Shown here: in pieces, positions 63,668-64,000 of the stretch
How the letters are laid out: the number at the start of each line of letters is the position of its first letter
Numbering within the stretch: position 1 is the first letter of the stretch
NCBI RefSeq assembly: GCF_028641065.1
Contig: NC_073390.1
Coordinates: forward strand, 33,728,001-33,792,000
Length of the DNA stretch: 64,000 nucleotides
Source: Leucoraja erinacea
Lineage: Eukaryota
Reading direction: 5' to 3'
The notes under the pieces: model-generated
Databases searched by the model: none
Seen by the model: the letters and a program-made list of their open reading frames with translations, nothing else
Told to the model about the DNA's origin: nothing
Translations under genes and position numbers: made by a program

Positions 63668-64000
63668 GAGATTCAAGAGAGTTTATTGTCATGTGTCCCT
63701 GATAGGACAATGAAATTCTTGCTTTAATTCAGCACAACAGAACAAAGTAGGCATGACTACAGAACAGATCAGTGTGTCCATATACCATTATATAAATATA
63801 TATACACATGAATAAATAAACTGATAAAGTGCAAATAAACAGATAATGGGCTATTAATGTTCAGAGTTTTGTCCGAACCAAGTTTAATAGCCTGATGGCT
63901 GTGGGGAAGTAGCTATTCCTGAACCTGGTCGTTGCAGTCTTCAGGCTCCTGTACCTTCTATCTGAAGATAGCAGGGAGATGAGTGTGTGGCCAGGTTGGT
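63668..64000 (-). mobile_element. Rex1/Babar LINE 3' end (runs off the window)
   Basis: TCAAGAGAGTTTATTGTCATGTGTCC...GGACAATGAAATTC tail. The minus strand encodes LLSSDRRYRSLKTATTRFRNSYFP. Confidence 0.8.

Noticed and set aside
1-64000. Prokaryotic systems (CRISPR arrays, operons, retrons, defence islands)
   Set aside because: The DNA is vertebrate, with no regular repeat-spacer array. All RT-like ORFs belong to CR1, Gypsy, Penelope or DIRS elements.

Overview
This is eukaryotic, repeat-rich vertebrate DNA, not a prokaryotic window. The CR1, HE1/V-type SINE, Penelope and Rex1 repeat content suggests a cartilaginous fish such as a skate or ray (inference). There is one clear host gene, AMER3 (single coding exon, 17114..20251, +), with a CpG-rich putative promoter about 3 kb upstream that carries a consensus REST/RE1 site. 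The rest is mostly transposable elements. These include a structurally complete DIRS1-type tyrosine-recombinase retrotransposon (44149..48872) with perfect terminal repeats but decayed ORFs, and a four-element nest at about 31190..34670 (CR1-type tail > hAT-like MITE > a young Penelope with an open RT+GIY-YIG frame, plus an 814-bp fold-back element). Also present are a decayed Gypsy element whose LTR is interrupted by a Penelope fragment, and a dispersed family of about 200-bp, often palindromic, Penelope-end mini-elements with 9-14 bp target-site duplications and minimal hammerhead-ribozyme-like cores. Harbinger-like MITEs, a Helitron-like element, and CR1, Rex1/Babar, RTE-like and SINE fragments make up the remainder. 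All calls are by-eye reading plus recalled family motifs; no searches or folding were run.
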